DNA of 64,000 nt from Octopus sinensis (GCF_006345805.1 NC_043001.1:116622001-116686000), one strand, 5' to 3'. Shown: positions 1 through 11,944, counted from the stretch's first letter. Program-made: numbers and translations. Notes: a model not told the origin generated them from the sequence alone.

Positions 1-110
1 CGATTAAATAAATACAAGTTACGCACTGGGGTCAATATAATCGACTTAATCCGTTTGTCTGTCCTTGTTTGTCCCCTTTGCGTGTAGCCCCTTGTGGGCA
101 ATGAAGAAAG
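1..110 (+). mobile_element. 3' part of SINE family D
   Basis: Matches the 3' half of the copies at 6808-7042 and 57981-58210 (gttacgcactggggtc...ccccttgtggg...aaagaaa). Confidence 0.8.
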
Positions 111-813
111 GAAAAGCTGCAACGTTTTGCTCATTTCCGAGATGATAGCAAGATACATGAAACAAAATGGTTTCGAAATGGAAGCGAAAATGAACCCGAG
201 ACTCAGTTCGCTGAAAATGATACGAATAGGGAATGCGAAAGATCTCGGGTAAAAGTACCTATGAGAAACATTCAAATTAAGAACATGAATCAAGGCTATC
301 TAAATAGCAGACAGTTCGAAATCATCATTGATGCTGCCTACTCCACAAGAGTTGACAGCAGAGTTCGTATTTATATTTTCTCAGTTTCTGAAAAGTGCTA
401 CGCCCAAAGAGTAGACTGGCTTCTCCAGAACCGATATTATCGGTATTTCATATTAGTGCCAAGAGCAAGGTTTCAGACCATAGCATGATTTTCCCCCAAT
501 CCCAACTCTAGTCAATAAACGGAAGATTGCCCCCAAACATCAAGACATATACATTAACCCTGAACACTTCTATTACATTTTTCCTCTTCCACTCATAAAG
601 AACACAGGCACATGGGAGTAGCTGCTGCCAAACCTTCGTCACTAGCCAGTCACTCCATGCTCGGTAACACATCAATACCAATTCCAGCGAATGGTATTAA
701 GAACTACCACGCTCCCATCATATCCACATCGCTCGCCGCCGATGTGGATATCTCCAGAATCTACAAATATGTAGATTAGACAATGTAGAAAGAATTATAT
801 TGCCAATATATAT

Positions 814-1025
814 ACTTTTACTTTACTTTTTTTCTTGTTTCAGTCATTTGACTGCGGCCATGCTGGAGCACCGCCTTTAGTCGAGCAAATCGACCCCGGG
901 ACTTATTCTTTGTAAGCCCAGTACTTATTCTATTGGTCTCTTTTGCCGAACTGCTAAGTGACGGGGACGTAAACACACCAGCATCGGTTGTCAAGCAATG
1001 CTAGGGGACAAACACAGACACACAA

Positions 1026-1077
<52 letters not shown>

Positions 1078-1247
1078 CATATATACGACAGGCTTCTTTC
1101 AGTTTCCGTCTACCAAATCCACTCACAAGGCATTGGTCGGCCCGGGCTATAGCAGAAGACACTTGCCCAAGATGCCACGCAGTGGGACTGAATCCGGAAC
1201 CATGTGGTTGGTAAGCAAGCTACTTACCACACAGCCACTCCTGCGCC

Positions 1248-1248
<1 letters not shown>
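814..1248 (-). mobile_element. tRNA-derived SINE family A, full length, with internal (AT)n/(CA)n
   Basis: Minus strand starts aggcgcaggagtggctgtgtggtaag (A box) and has ggttcagtccc (B-box-like); it ends cagtcaaatgactgaaac plus an (AGTAAA)-type tail. Near-identical copies at 9023, 17281 and 38938. Confidence 0.9.
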
Positions 1249-1319
<71 letters not shown>

Positions 1320-1454
1320 ATAATTTCTAAGTTTGTATTGACCACCAGCAGTAATTTTCTTAATCTCTCAAATATTTTTTTTTTAAATATGGTGACATAA
1401 AAAATGTACGAAAGCGCCCATAAGTATATAAAACTAAAATCAAGTTACCCTCAC

Positions 1455-1524
1455 CTGCCAGCGTAGTACGACGTCACATATTCTGGCTCCATCTACATTA
1501 TCTAGAGACATTGTATCTGGGCAT
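1455..1524 (-). CDS. Candidate internal exon of an unidentified host gene (CPDTMSLDNVDGARICDVVLRWQ)
   Basis: Acceptor tttttgtattgcccag|, donor CAG|GTGAGG, one open frame, non-repetitive sequence. No homolog recognised. Confidence 0.3.
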
Positions 1525-1594
1525 CTGGGCAATACAAAAATCTTTAGAAATAGTTTGTGCAACGGGGTTGCATAACACTATGCACAAATATATG

Positions 1595-1976
1595 GGGGTT
1601 ATCGAATAGGCGCGGTAAGAAGTTTGCTTCCCAACCACATGCTGCCGGGTTCAGTCCCACTACGTGGCACCTTGGCAAGTGTCTTACTATAGCTTCATGC
1701 CGACCAAAGCCTTGTGACTGGATTTGGTAGACAGAAATTGAATGAAGCCTCTCTGTATGTGGGAAGGGTGTGTGTGTTCTCCACCCCATCCCACCCCATC
1801 CCCGTCGCTTGACAACGGATGTTGGTGTTTACGTCTCTGTAACTTAGCAGTTCGGCAAAAGTGAGCGATAGAGCAAGTACTAGGCTTACAAAGAATAAGT
1901 CCTGTTGTCGATTTCTTCAACTAAAAAGTTTTTTAAGGCGATGCTCCAGCATGGCCGCAGTCAAGGAATAAAAGAA
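1595..1976 (+). mobile_element. Older, diverged family A SINE
   Basis: Shares cccaaccacatg...ggcaagtgtctt...gccgaccaaagccttgtga and the tail gctccagcatggccgcagtca. Confidence 0.8.
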
Positions 1977-2008
<32 letters not shown>

Positions 2009-2368
2009 TGTGTATGTGTGTGTGGTAATAAAAACAATTTTACATTAAACTAAAGGATTGATTGATTACTCAATACTTTTTGAAAAGGACATACTTATTA
2101 CTCCTTACTCTTCTACAAGAATAGGGACAGTGACTTCGAAGTTACAGCCAAGTAGCCTTCATCTGACTGTCCTATGAAAGCTAAGAGACCGAAACTGCGA
2201 AGTCACTATCATCACTATTTTTGTAAAAATACACACACACACACACACAATACAAAGAGAGTGTGCATTATGTAAATAGATAATGACTAAATGGGCAAAA
2301 ATATAAACAAAATTCTCTCGTTTAAGAATAAGAAACTCGAGTAAAAAAAAATATATTCAAAATAACAT

Positions 2369-2447
<79 letters not shown>

Positions 2448-2950
2448 ATATATACATCTAAATGATTAGGACTCCTACAACAGCTGCTTTTTATTAATAA
2501 ATGAGGTTACGACGGAAGTTATGAATATATGACCTACACAGTTCTTAAGACCTCGCTAAAAGTTCTATTGATTCTTCAGAAGAAGACCTGAGGTGTCAGA
2601 AAATGTTTAATGTTTAGACAGTATGGGTGAGATGAAGCCAATACTTGCTTCATGTGCATTTGTGTTTGTTTGTGGTTAACACACTTCCGTTTTCCACATA
2701 CACAAACACATACATGAATACCAGTATACCTCTGCGCTCGCGCGCATCTATACACACTGTATTACACACACGCGCACACACACACATACATATATGCTTA
2801 TGAACACATGTATATATGCTTATAAACACATACATATATGCTTATGAACACATGTATTTTTGTGTGTGGATATGTCTACTTTGTGAATAGATGTATTTGT
2901 GTATACATAATTGCGGATATAATTGCATGCGAGTATTCATGTGTAAATAT

Positions 2951-3254
2951 CACGTGATCACGTGATCGACCAGTCCATCAGATGTAGTTACACATCGCTG
3001 GTCACAATGCGTTCGCATTGTTTTAGCCTTCGAATGGCGCCACCCCGCTGGCTAAGCGAGCAGGCCAACAGAAGAAAGAGTGGGAGAAAGAGTGGTGAGA
3101 GAGTACAGCAGGGATCACCAACCCCTGCCGGAGCCTCGTGGAGCTTTTAGGTGTTTTCGCTCAATAAACACTCACAACGCCCGGTCTGGGAATCGAAACC
3201 GCGATCCTACGACCGCGAGTCCGCTGCCCCAACCACTGGGCCATTGCGCCTCCA
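2951..3254 (-). mobile_element. tRNA-derived SINE family C with 13-bp TSD
   Basis: Head ggaggcgcaatggcccagtgg, tail (cacgtgat)2. TSD catgtgtaaatat at 2938-2950 and 3255-3267. Confidence 0.92.
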
Positions 3255-4049
3255 CATGTGTAAATATATACATAGGAAAAATGGTATCCCGAGATGAATA
3301 CCGCAGTTAATCAAGATATGGTCCAAAAATATACAAAATACAAATTTTGTCTTGAAGAAAAATTTCTACCCATAGACTTCATACGTAAAAACATATCCAA
3401 GTGACGTCAGGAGACTACCAGACACGGGGTTTCAGCATTATTTTTACCTCTTCAGTTACAGGTACCGCCAAACTAAATTGGAGCTAAACTGGAACTTTTG
3501 TTCTTCTATATAGTAAAAGGTAAACCAAACATTTGCTGAGGTGTGCTGAAGCTTGCCAAGCTAAAATTAATTTAGCACAAACAGATGAAACAAAACCATT
3601 CCGAAACACTAGGTCTTGTTTCGATGTACTTTTACACATCATGTCCACAGGGAGAAACTTTTACGCGACAAAATGTCGCAGTGCATGCTTTTCACATACA
3701 AGTGTACAAAAATCTGTTTAAAACTGTAGTGCATATCTTTGTTATTTTGACCCGCTCTGCTTAGTGTGTTTATATATATATAACTGCTTTGATCTTTGTA
3801 ACTAAATATATCTATTATTTCATCTCTCGTTCCAGAGAGCCCCGTGTCGTGTGTTTCAACTTTTCTGTTTACAAAAGAGGGAAATATGCAAATAAATAGA
3901 ATAAAAACAAAACGTGAAAATTCCTTAAGATTTGTTACAGCCACAAGAAATTAGCGATATACTTCGGATTTGTGTGTGTGTGTGTGTGTGTGTGTGAGAC
4001 AGAGAGAGAGAGAGAGAGAGAGAGCGAGAGGGAGAACGTCTACATGCAT

Positions 4050-5044
4050 AGATAGCCGTGTGCGTAAAACAAGACTAAACAGTGGAGATCATTTATGAAA
4101 TATCTAGTTAACCATCTTACGCACGTTTCATTAACATTATTTGATATTGTATCTGGTTTGCAAAATCCTCTATGTGAAATTCATGTGCTGAAATATATTT
4201 CATTGTATCTAGGGAGCGTCACTATGCCAATATTATTAACACGTGCACTGGTTAAATTCCATTCCTTTATATAAGTCAATTGGTTAAATACCCAACAAAC
4301 TAATCGATTGTTTGTTAAACTTGGTTAAACAGTAAGTCGTTTGTTCAGCCTTTTTTTTTCTTTTTGTCAAAGATCTTTCCTTTTGTCTTTTTGTAAGGAA
4401 ATACACGTTGGAGCTAGAGATGTCTCAATGACACGGATACCACACACGCAGCGTGGATACATTCGAAAGTAGGTAGGTAGGTTTTGGGGGTGGTTAGGTT
4501 TATTATATAGATTGTTATTTACTTAGTTAATTATGTAGGTCGGTAGATAGGTTGGGAGATAGGCAAGTAAATATGTAGGTAGGTATCAAAATAAGCAACA
4601 AGGATATCAAGAGATAATGCAGTACGATCGTTTCACGCAACTCCATTTAATTGAACAATGCAACCATTACATCAATTTAACTGCAGAGTAATCCTCAGCT
4701 GCACAAAGACAGAATTAAATTAAATTAAAATAGATGGACACATTAGTATAATTTTTCCAAAAATCTCGAAGAAGTTAAGGAGATAGACAAAGAACATGCT
4801 GCCTTCACTTCCAGGTAGGTAGACAAATAGGTAGTACGGACAGACATACACATACACACAAGTAGACAAACACACGATCTTACACACACACATACACACC
4901 ACATATATGCAAGTACACACAGATACATGCACTGGCCCATATATACACACAAGACATACACATAGTACGCATGGGCACACACATACACAACAGACGCACG
5001 TGCACAGACACACAAACTCACACGCACAGACACAAATAAGCACG

Positions 5045-5077
<33 letters not shown>

Positions 5078-5690
5078 GCAGAAATACATATACACACATA
5101 TGCATACTCAAAAACAATGTCCGATTATTTCTCTGTTCCCGCGCATGATACAGCCTTAAGACATTTATTGGCTGGCCGTTGACATACATACATACATACA
5201 TACATACATACATACATACATACATACATACATACATACATACATACATACATACATACATACATACATACGCAAGTACTCTGGTATGCACGCAACAAGA
5301 TCTCCGACAGACAAACGCAGTCTCCGTAACGGACTAAAGGAATAGTCATTGAAAAGTTTGCAAATAGCAACGAAAAAGAAACGAAAACAAAGCAAACGAC
5401 TGCTGTTTAACTAAGACAAACAATCGCTTAGTTAGTTGGATATTTAACCAATTGACTAATAAAGAAGTGGAATTGAACCAGTGCGTGTATTAATAGTATT
5501 GGAATAATGACTCTCCCCGGACACAACAAAATATTATTTGTTTTATAATGCAAATTATATAATCAAACTGCATTGTTAATCCGCAGAGACGCGTAACATT
5601 CATTCTTTGTTAATGAAACATACGTAAGATGGTGTAACTAAACATTTTCAATCTCTACTATTTTTGCTTTGTTTTTCTAAGTGTCCGCTA
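4050..5690. repeat. Diverged long inverted repeat (arms ~4050-4460 and ~5270-5690) around microsatellites
   Basis: agtcaattggttaaatacccaacaaactaatcgattgtttg (near 4275) matches the reverse complement of caaacaatcgcttagttagttggatatttaaccaattgact (near 5420); similarity extends over about 300 bp. Confidence 0.75.
5183..5270. repeat. (TACA)n microsatellite
   Basis: Direct observation. Confidence 0.95.
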
Positions 5691-5829
5691 TGACATACCC
5701 AAAAGCAGATTCCATCCAAATTATACGTGGACTATAAAAAGAATCATTGCTCATAATCTCTCTTCAGACATACGGGATTACACAGAATTCTAAATACTGA
5801 AATAATTCTAGTTAGCTGTCATGCAATTA

Positions 5830-5838
5830 GATTTGTAA

Positions 5839-5874
<36 letters not shown>

Positions 5875-6060
5875 GAATGTATGTATGTATAGATAGATAG
5901 ATAGGTAGGTAAGTAGATAGGTACATACATACACCTTGAATGTATGTATGTATGTATGTATGTATGTATAGATAGGTAGGTAAATAGATAGATAGGTAGG
6001 TAGGTAGGTAGGGTGGTAGGTAGGTAGGTAGGTAGGTAGGTAGGTAGGTAGGTAGGTGTG
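5830..6060. repeat. Compound (CT)/(CA)/(GTAT)/(AGAT)/(GTAG)n microsatellite
   Basis: Direct observation. Confidence 0.95.
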
Positions 6061-6399
6061 TGTCTGTGTCCACACGCGTACACATGTATGCTATGTATAC
6101 ATGTATATGCATGCATGCAGACAGGCACACGGAAGCTCGTAGTTAGCTATAAAAGCCAAAACTTCGTTCATATATATTTTCATACTCTGAATTAATTTTG
6201 CCTGTCTACAGAGTAAATTAAATGTCAGGGTTTAATAAACTTCGCCTGTTGAGTAATGATTAAGTTCGTGAAAACCCCTACTTTATGCAATGCCAAAAAT
6301 AGTTTCTATACACAGGAAATTAACTCCCATCGCCAAAAGGATTTCCTTCATATTATTTTTTCTTTATCCTCTTTTTTACCCGTTTTCTTCATTATCATC

Positions 6400-6771
6400 A
6401 TCATTATCATCAGGGTTCAATTTCCGCCGAGGTTGACTGCTTTCATTCCTTCGGGGGTCGATAAATTAAGCACCAGTCGAGTACTAGGATCGATGCGATC
6501 CCCACAAAATCCAGGCCTTGTGCCTATAGTAGGAAGGATATCATCATTATTAATTATTTTTTTTATCATTAAGGCAGAATCGTTAGCATGCTGGACGAAA
6601 TGCTTAGCGGTATTTCGCCCGTCTTTACGCTAAATTTAAATTCCGCCGAGGTCGACTTTGCTTTTCATCCTTTCGGGGTCGATAAAATATGTACCAGTCG
6701 CGTACTGAAATCGATCTTATTGACTGGACTCCTCTCCAGAAATTTCAGGCTTTGTGCCTATAGTAGAAAGG

Positions 6772-6809
<38 letters not shown>

Positions 6810-7405
6810 GGCGGCGATCTAGCAGAGTGTTTATTACACCGGGCGAAATGCGTAGCCGTATTTCGTCTGCCGTTACGTTCTGAGTTCAACTTCCGCCGAG
6901 GTCGACTTTGCCTTTCATCCTTTCGGGGTCGATAAATTAAGTACCTGTTACGCACTGGTGTCGATATAATCGACTTAATCCGTTTGTCTGTCCTTGTTTG
7001 TCCTTTCTGTGTTTAGCCCCTTGTGGGTAGTAAAGAAATAGGTATTTCGTCGGTCGCTCTGTTCTCAGTTCAACTTCCGCCGAGGTCGACTTTGCCTTTC
7101 ATCCTTTCGGAGTCGATAAATTAAGTACCAGTGAACTACTAGGTCGATGTAATCGACTAGTCTCTTCCCACAAAATTTCAGGCCTAGTATCTATAATGAA
7201 AAAATATATATATTATAGGCAGCGAGCTGGCAGAATCGAGGTATTTCGCCCGTCGCTACGTTCTGAGTTCAACTTCCGCCGAGGTCGACTTTACCTTTCA
7301 TCATTCCTGAGTCGATAAAATAAGTACCAGTTACGCACTGGGTGAATGTAATCGACTAGTCTCCTCCTACCAAATTCAAAGCCTTGTGCCTTTAGTAGAA
7401 AGGTT
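6400..7405 (+). mobile_element. Head-to-tail cluster of about 5 family D SINE copies
   Basis: The core ccgccgaggtcgactttgcctttcatcctttcggggtcgataaa recurs at ~6425, 6645, 6893, 7078 and 7277, partly separated by (TTA)n. Confidence 0.88.
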
Positions 7406-7739
7406 TGTTGTTATTGTTAGTATATTGATAATTTGTTGTTATTTATATTGTCACACAAAAGTAATATCTTGAACATTTGTTATGGTTATAACCAAAATCT
7501 TAGGGAGCTGGGTAATAGTTCTCCATATATAGCACTTGGGGTCTAAATGGAAGATGGTTTAGCAAACAAGCTCCTCAATTTTTGTTTTATAAAGATGACG
7601 TTCGAGAATTGTTCGTCTACTGAAATGAACACAGACTGTAAAAGTCCGTAACAGCAGCAGTAACAACAACAACACAGTACGGGAAATGTATGAAAGTTAC
7701 TTTTCGATGCTAGAAATTTCAGCACCGCCATTACAACAA

Positions 7740-7872
7740 AAGAAATCAATGTCCCCATCTTGTTCGTTGTTAACACAACATTTCACCTGATATACCCTCC
7801 AGCCTTCATCAGGTGTCTTGGGGAAATTTCGAAACTTGATTCTCATTCCTAAGGTATTTTTCGATGTTGTTG

Positions 7873-7908
<36 letters not shown>

Positions 7909-7977
7909 TCACTGCCTGGAATCGAACTCGGAACCTTGGGGTAAGTAGCCCGCGCTCTGAACCACTATGCCATATGC
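7740..7977 (-). mobile_element. tRNA-headed SINE with (AAT)n linker and hammerhead-like 3' region
   Basis: Minus strand gcatatggcatagtggttcagagc (A box) ... gagttcgattcc (B box), then (AAT)n(AAC)n, then a unique tail containing CTGATGA...GAAA. Confidence 0.8.
7772..7817 (-). ncRNA. Degenerate minimal type I hammerhead ribozyme motif
   Basis: GACAC-CTGATGA-A-GGCTG(GAGGGTATAT)CAGGT-GAA-ATGT-T-GTGTT. Stem I pairs and the core is intact; stem II has 2 mismatches and ACGT appears as ATGT. Confidence 0.55.
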
Positions 7978-9005
7978 ATTAGACCATTTCTTCAATGTGA
8001 AACATGAAGGTTGCATTGTCAGAGCTAAGGCGCGTGCTCTGAGAAACGAGGGCATCAAAGCTGTTCGATGGTCCCGCGTGGTGGAGGCGCAGCGTGGTAA
8101 CAAAACCACAATTCAGTATTTGACGAACCGAGACAGACACGAGCTGAACGATTCCAGGCAGATGTGTGAGGTCTTTCGCCAGCACTTTTCTCAGTTGTTA
8201 GGTAGGAGTGGCGGGTCAGAGACGGCATCGGACTTCAGTCCTTATCTCGACGGCTTGCTCTGCGTCTATCGACGGCCGACTCTGTGCGCTGCGAAAGGCA
8301 GATAACTTCAGTCGAAATTCAGGATGCCCTTGTCAGCTGCATGAGGCGCAAGTCACCCGGTTTGGATGGTCTGCCCTACGAGCTTTACGTGAATATGCCA
8401 GACTTGTTCTCCAATCTCCTCGAAACGCTCTACTGCAAGTGACAGCAGAATGGGAGTATTCTCAGGCTGCCGCCTTCCTTTCGCCAGGAAGGGCAGGCAG
8501 TTTTCCTCTGCCTGGCAATTGTAACGAAAGAGGTATGGTGGACCATTTTGAAAGGACTGAAGACAGACGCTTTTCTCTTCGGCCAATCCCTCACCAGCTT
8601 TTCCAAATTATACTTGTAAAGGAAGAGGAGGATGGAGAGAGAAGTGATGACCCTCAGTACATTTGCTGAAAGGTGGGTGAAGTAGCGAAAATGGCCCGTG
8701 TGAGTGGATCTACTCTAATAATGCGCCTGTAGGCTGGTGAATACGAGGAGGAGAGGTGTACCCTTCTCGAATACCCTCGAAGCGTCGGGTGGTTCAGGAC
8801 TGGTGGAGTACCTGAGCCAACACTGGGTGGTCATTCCCGCCTATTGGGAAAATCTCATTGTTATATTTTTGTTTAATGTTTGTTATTGTTTTCCTAATTG
8901 CTTACTCGTTGTTTTGTGTAAAACAACCCACTGTCCCCGTCTACTGAGTTGTCGCCTATATGTCGGTCCTAGCGGCCAATAAATGACATAATAATAATAA
9001 TAATA
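7975..9005 (+). mobile_element. Tx1/L1-like LINE ORF2 relic, 5'-truncated and lacking the RT core, with 3' UTR and (TAA)n tail
   Basis: Translates to ...CIVRAKARALRNEG...RQHFSQL...KSPGLDGLPYELY..., joined near 8463 to the C-terminal KEVWWT...STFAERW. AATAAA near 8980, then (TAA)n. Confidence 0.85.
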
Positions 9006-9022
9006 ATTATTATTATTATTGT

Positions 9023-9194
9023 AGGCGCAGGAGTGGCTGTGTGGTAAGTAGCTTGTTTACCAACCACATGGTTCCGGGTTCAGTCCCACTGCGTGACACC
9101 ATGGGCAAGTGTCTTCTACTATAGCCTCGGGCCGACCAATGCCTTGTGAGTGGATTTGGTAGACGGAAACTGAAAGAGAAGCCCGTCGTGTATG

Positions 9195-9242
<48 letters not shown>

Positions 9243-9440
9243 CGTGTGTGTGTGTCTGTGTTTGTCCCCCTAGCATTGCTTGACAACCGATGCTGGTGTG
9301 TTTATGTCCCCATTACTTAGCAGTGCGGCAAAAGAGACCGATAGAATAAGTACTAGGCTTACAAAAGAATGAGGCGGTGCTCCAGTATGGCCGCAGTCAA
9401 ATGACTGAAACGAGTAAAAGAGTAAAAAAGAGTGAAAGAG
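9023..9440 (+). mobile_element. Family A SINE inserted in the Tx1 tail
   Basis: Full head and tail, flanked by (TTA)n on both sides; small internal deletion. Confidence 0.9.
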
Positions 9441-9814
9441 TTATTATTATTATTATCGTTTAGATTATCGAAAACGGTAAATTGTTTTTCTTTCCCCCGT
9501 GTATATTTGCAGTCACACAAACCCACACACGCGCACTGTTCACCTGATAAAAACAAACCTACATTTAATAACCCACCGCCGCTTTTAACTAACACCTCCA
9601 CCGCTGGATGCTCCCAGTCAACATAATTGCACACTCCAGCGTTGCCAGCACCGCTTCCAACACCTCCATCACATTTCAGTAACAACAATTTTTTTTTTCT
9701 GTCGCTTGCTGGATAATTTATATTAACGTAGATAAGAAGCAGCATAAGATATTATCCAAGTCTGCACGAAACACGAAGATTTGTGAGTTAAAACAGTAAA
9801 TGTATGTCTGGCGT

Positions 9815-9823
9815 CTCTCTCTG

Positions 9824-9914
<91 letters not shown>

Positions 9915-10062
9915 GTCTGTGTGTGTGTGTCTGTGTGTGTGTGTGTGTCTGTGTGTGTGTGTCTGTGTGTGTGTCTGTGTGTGTGTCTGTGTCTGTGTGT
10001 GTCTGTGTGTGTGTATGTCTGTGCGTGTGTGTGTGTGTGTCTGCGTGTGTCTCTGTGTGTGT

Positions 10063-10101
<39 letters not shown>

Positions 10102-10122
10102 CGTGTGTGTGTGTGTGTGTGT
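9815..10122. repeat. (CT)n-(GT)n compound microsatellite
   Basis: Direct observation; it explains the SLSL/CVCV ORFs. Confidence 0.97.
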
Positions 10123-10408
10123 TGACTGGTTGATTCTCAAGTCGGTCTTTACGTCGTATACGGAAAGCGGGTAGAATAAGGGGTAGAAAAAGATAGAGAG
10201 ACAGTTAACATAAGAAGAACAAGATGAATGCACATGCTAGGCCCCGATAGTGAAAGGGGAGGGGAGAAGAGGGAATAAATGACAGCAGCTATGAGAGATG
10301 TTATCGAAATGAGAAATTTGCTTTAATTCCAAGATAATAAATATTTCCCTTTTGAAAATTAGTATTCATTTCATCGTTTTGTATAAGCACCAAGAAACTG
10401 GTTGTACT

Positions 10409-10524
10409 TTAGGGGCAATCTACCACAGTCTCCGTAGTCTACGATGTGAAATAACTTGATCTGGGTTAGAGTTAAGGTTAAACCGCAGGCCAAAGCGTAA
10501 ATGGCCAGGTAGACTGCACACTAA
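10409..10524. mobile_element. Small MITE-like element with telomere-like internal repeats
   Basis: Ends ttaggggcaatctacc / ggtagactgcacactaa are imperfect inverted repeats. Homologous copy at 21684-21835. Confidence 0.55.
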
Positions 10525-10665
10525 ACTGGCACCAAGAAAATTAATAAAAGTTAAATTGATATTATTCTACATATGCCATATTTCATGGTATTGGTCATGG
10601 TGGTAATGCATTCCTCCAGAGTTACCCCTTATATATATGATGGGTAACATTAGTATATACAGAAA

Positions 10666-11052
10666 GGAGGCGCAATGGCCCAGTGGTTAGGGCAGCGGAC
10701 TCGCGGTCATAGGATCGCGGTTTCAATTCCCAGACCGGGCGTTGTGAGTGTTTATTGAGCGAAAACACCTAAAAGCTCCACAAGGTTCCGGCAGGGGATG
10801 GTGGTGATCCCTGCTGTACTCTTTCACCACAACTTTCTCTCACTCTTACTTCCTGTTTCTGTTGTACCTGTATTTCAAAGGGCCGGCCTTGTCACTCTCA
10901 GTGTCACGCTGAATATCCCCGAGAACTACGTTAAGGGTACACATGTCTGTGGAGTGCTCAGCCACTTACACGTTAATTTCACGAGCAGGCTGTTCCGTTG
11001 ATTCGGATCAACCGGAACCCTCGTCGTCGTAACCGACGGAGTGCTTCCAAAA
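10666..11052 (+). mobile_element. tRNA-derived SINE family B with 11-bp TSD
   Basis: Head shared with family C, tail ...gtcgtaaccgacggagtgcttcca. TSD atatacagaaa at 10655-10665 and 11053-11063. Confidence 0.92.
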
Positions 11053-11229
11053 ATATACAGAAAAATCAATACTGAATCTTGAATGAATCACCGCTTGAAG
11101 CTTCTGGTTCCTCATCTCCAGGCAACTGGTCTTATGATGAATGAATGTCCCTTACATATCCTCGTCAACTGAGTCTGTTTGGGTCAGGCTGAAGACAATA
11201 GTTCGGGGATTCTTGATTCTACGTTCGTT

Positions 11230-11500
11230 CTAGTCCTCCGTTTGTTCAATGCAATAACTTTTTTTTTCAGCTGCTCGGGATAATTAGTAACAGCTTCTGT
11301 ATCAGTACTGGCAGCTTCACCAGTCATCTTTAAATTGTACACATTTAAGTGTTTATAAACATTTCAAACCAACCTTTACCACAAAGGGTTCTTTCACAAG
11401 AAGTTTCGCCTTCCTTTTTCTGCAAATCGTCATACAAATTTTTGGCTTATTTTAATTACCATCGTGCTTATAAGTACATTATATCGACTTTGATCTTCGA
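11230..11500 (-). pseudogene. Tigger/pogo (CENP-B-like) transposase fragment
   Basis: Minus-strand translation ...KGWF...NVYNLKMTGEAASTDTEAVTNYPEQLKK matches the Tigger GWF...GEAASAD motif; frameshifted. Confidence 0.8.
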
Positions 11501-11900
11501 TCCATATACCCCAAGAGCTGCCCTATTAGATCTATGAAAAAAAGAAGGTCCGAGCAGTTAAGCACTTGGCTTTTCTATTGCCGTGTATTGTTTTCCCTGT
11601 AGACGTTGCAAGCTTCAATGTTTTGGCATTGTGGTTAATTTTTTTACTCCCGCATTAACCCATTGCCTACCATGGGTCTCATTTGGAGATCTACTAAAAA
11701 AAAACAGTCTCACTGCTGGTTGCACGTTGAATTTAAAGTGAATTGCCTATGTACATTGCATTTGCAGAGGTGTGTTTAACAATATTTAGTAGTTAAAGTT
11801 TGTCATTATTAGCTCTGGCTAATTCCAGAGGACATTGACATTCTATATATAGAGAGGACACACTCTCTCTCTCTCTCTTTATATATATATGAGAGAGAGG

Positions 11901-11944
<44 letters not shown>

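Noticed and set aside
261-488. 75-aa ORF as a Helitron helicase fragment
   Set aside because: Similarity is too vague; no diagnostic motif.
2578-2626. Plus-strand exon-like segment with good splice signals (also 3455-3520)
   Set aside because: All three frames contain stops.
4720-6130. Long ORFs of the YVCM/CVCV/HTHT/IYIY type (here and at 9718-10233, 22216-22608, 53022-53466, 54417-54827, 59776-60077)
   Set aside because: They are stop-free translations of microsatellites, not genes.
6400-7405. Regularly recurring ~40-bp core that could look like a CRISPR array
   Set aside because: The units are whole SINE copies, the intervening sequences are homologous to each other, there are no cas genes and the context is eukaryotic.
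9510-9626. Plus-strand terminal exon candidate SHKPTHAHCSPDK...SQST* (and 27613-27695 VKIPKNHK...)
   Set aside because: Single-sided or weak splice signals and no recognisable homology; expected by chance in 64 kb.
10666-10740. SINE heads as functional tRNA genes (also 7905-7977, 23630-23700)
   Set aside because: A/B boxes are present, but there is no complete cloverleaf and each continues into a SINE body with a TSD.
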